DNA of 60,403 bases from a bacterium (GTDB lineage Bacteria; Krumholzibacteriota; Krumholzibacteriia; LZORAL124-64-63): the NCBI GenBank assembly GCA_031441465.1, contig JANOEP010000036.1, positions 1-60,403 of the forward strand, in the 5' to 3' direction. The notes under the pieces are model-generated. The model was given only the letters and a program-made list of their open reading frames with translations, had not been told where the DNA came from and searched no databases. This document shows, in pieces, positions 60,176-60,403 of the stretch; within the stretch, counting starts at the first letter, position 1, and each line of letters begins with the position of its first letter. A program made the translations under genes and the position numbers.

Positions 60176-60233
60176 CCTCCTTTTAGCGGGTTTGCCGGTA
60201 TGGCGGGGCCGCAAGCTGGATTCAAATCCCCCG
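60176..60233 (-). ncRNA. SAM-II (SAM-alpha)-like riboswitch
   Basis: Minus strand reads CGGGG-GATTTG-AATCCA-GCTTGC-GG-CCCCG-17 nt-GCTAAAAGGAGG. It shows a P1 stem, the GAUUU/UUGC/GCUAAA hallmarks and a pseudoknot pairing into the SD sequence. Confidence 0.75.
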
Positions 60234-60257
60234 GCCCGTCAGGTGGGCCAGCCCTCG

Positions 60258-60289
60258 GTCGGCGCCGCCGCGTTGCGGCGGTCGCCGAC
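60258..60289 (-). other. GC-rich hairpin after the metK stop (terminator-like or RNA-processing element)
   Basis: GTCGGCG(A)CCGCCGC-aac-GCGGCGGCGCCGAC; no U tract. Confidence 0.5.
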
Positions 60290-60308
60290 ATCCTTCACTC
60301 CTTCGTCG

Positions 60309-60403
60309 TCACGTGGCGACGTGTTCCCACAGGAAGTCCGGCTCCTCGCGCCCGAAGTGCCCGTAGGCCGCCGTGTCGTAGTAGATGGGCCGCAGCAGTC
60401 GCA
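60309..60403 (-). CDS. metK: 3' end of S-adenosylmethionine synthetase (partial)
   Basis: Manual translation [30 protein letters not shown] matches the canonical MetK C-terminus. Confidence 0.8.
   Translation of the reverse strand, partial: RLLRPIYYDTAAYGHFGREEPDFLWEHVAT

Noticed and set aside
60218..60241. tRNA 3'-end/att-like GGATTCAAATCCCCCGGCCCGTCA on the plus strand
   Set aside because: Spacing is too short for a T-arm plus acceptor stem, there is no integrase nearby, and it is better explained as the antisense of the SAM-II-like RNA.
59626..60291. 221-aa minus-strand ORF with an apparent RBS after metK
   Set aside because: Arg/Pro-rich, out of frame over MoxR, and runs through the hairpin and riboswitch.
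1..60403. CRISPR arrays, rRNA, tRNA and transposases
   Set aside because: No regularly spaced repeats, RNA gene signatures or transposase/integrase motifs were seen.

Overview
High-GC bacterial chromosome segment. Secreted proteins with FlgD-Ig/T9SS-like 'NPFNP...WDGR...SGVY' tails and a 'WGxVKAxY' tail suggest an FCB-related lineage such as Krumholzibacteriota/Latescibacterota (inference). From left to right the window holds: a thioredoxin and an 11-subunit complex I operon (nuoABCDHIJKLMN, no nuoEFG); a probably metal-regulated porin/FMN-binding/PepSY operon; peptidases; a secreted hexaheme cytochrome; a TMTC-like protein and rlmH; a cytochrome c/DUF3373-like porin/octaheme operon; a CarH-type B12 photoreceptor with operator repeats upstream of itself and of fasciclin/DUF4397 genes; corA, msrA, ppk1, pfkA and cca; and a GH31/transporter/sulfatase/maturase cluster. 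The best candidate for an undescribed system is at the right end (55848-60403, minus strand). Downstream of a canonical-looking metK 3' end, a SAM-II-like riboswitch overlaps the ribosome-binding site of a translationally coupled four-gene operon: MoxR AAA+ ATPase, small unknown protein, HExxH/vWA protein, and a divergent MetK paralog. That paralog keeps the ATP/triphosphate/Mg residues but appears to have lost the methionine-binding residues.
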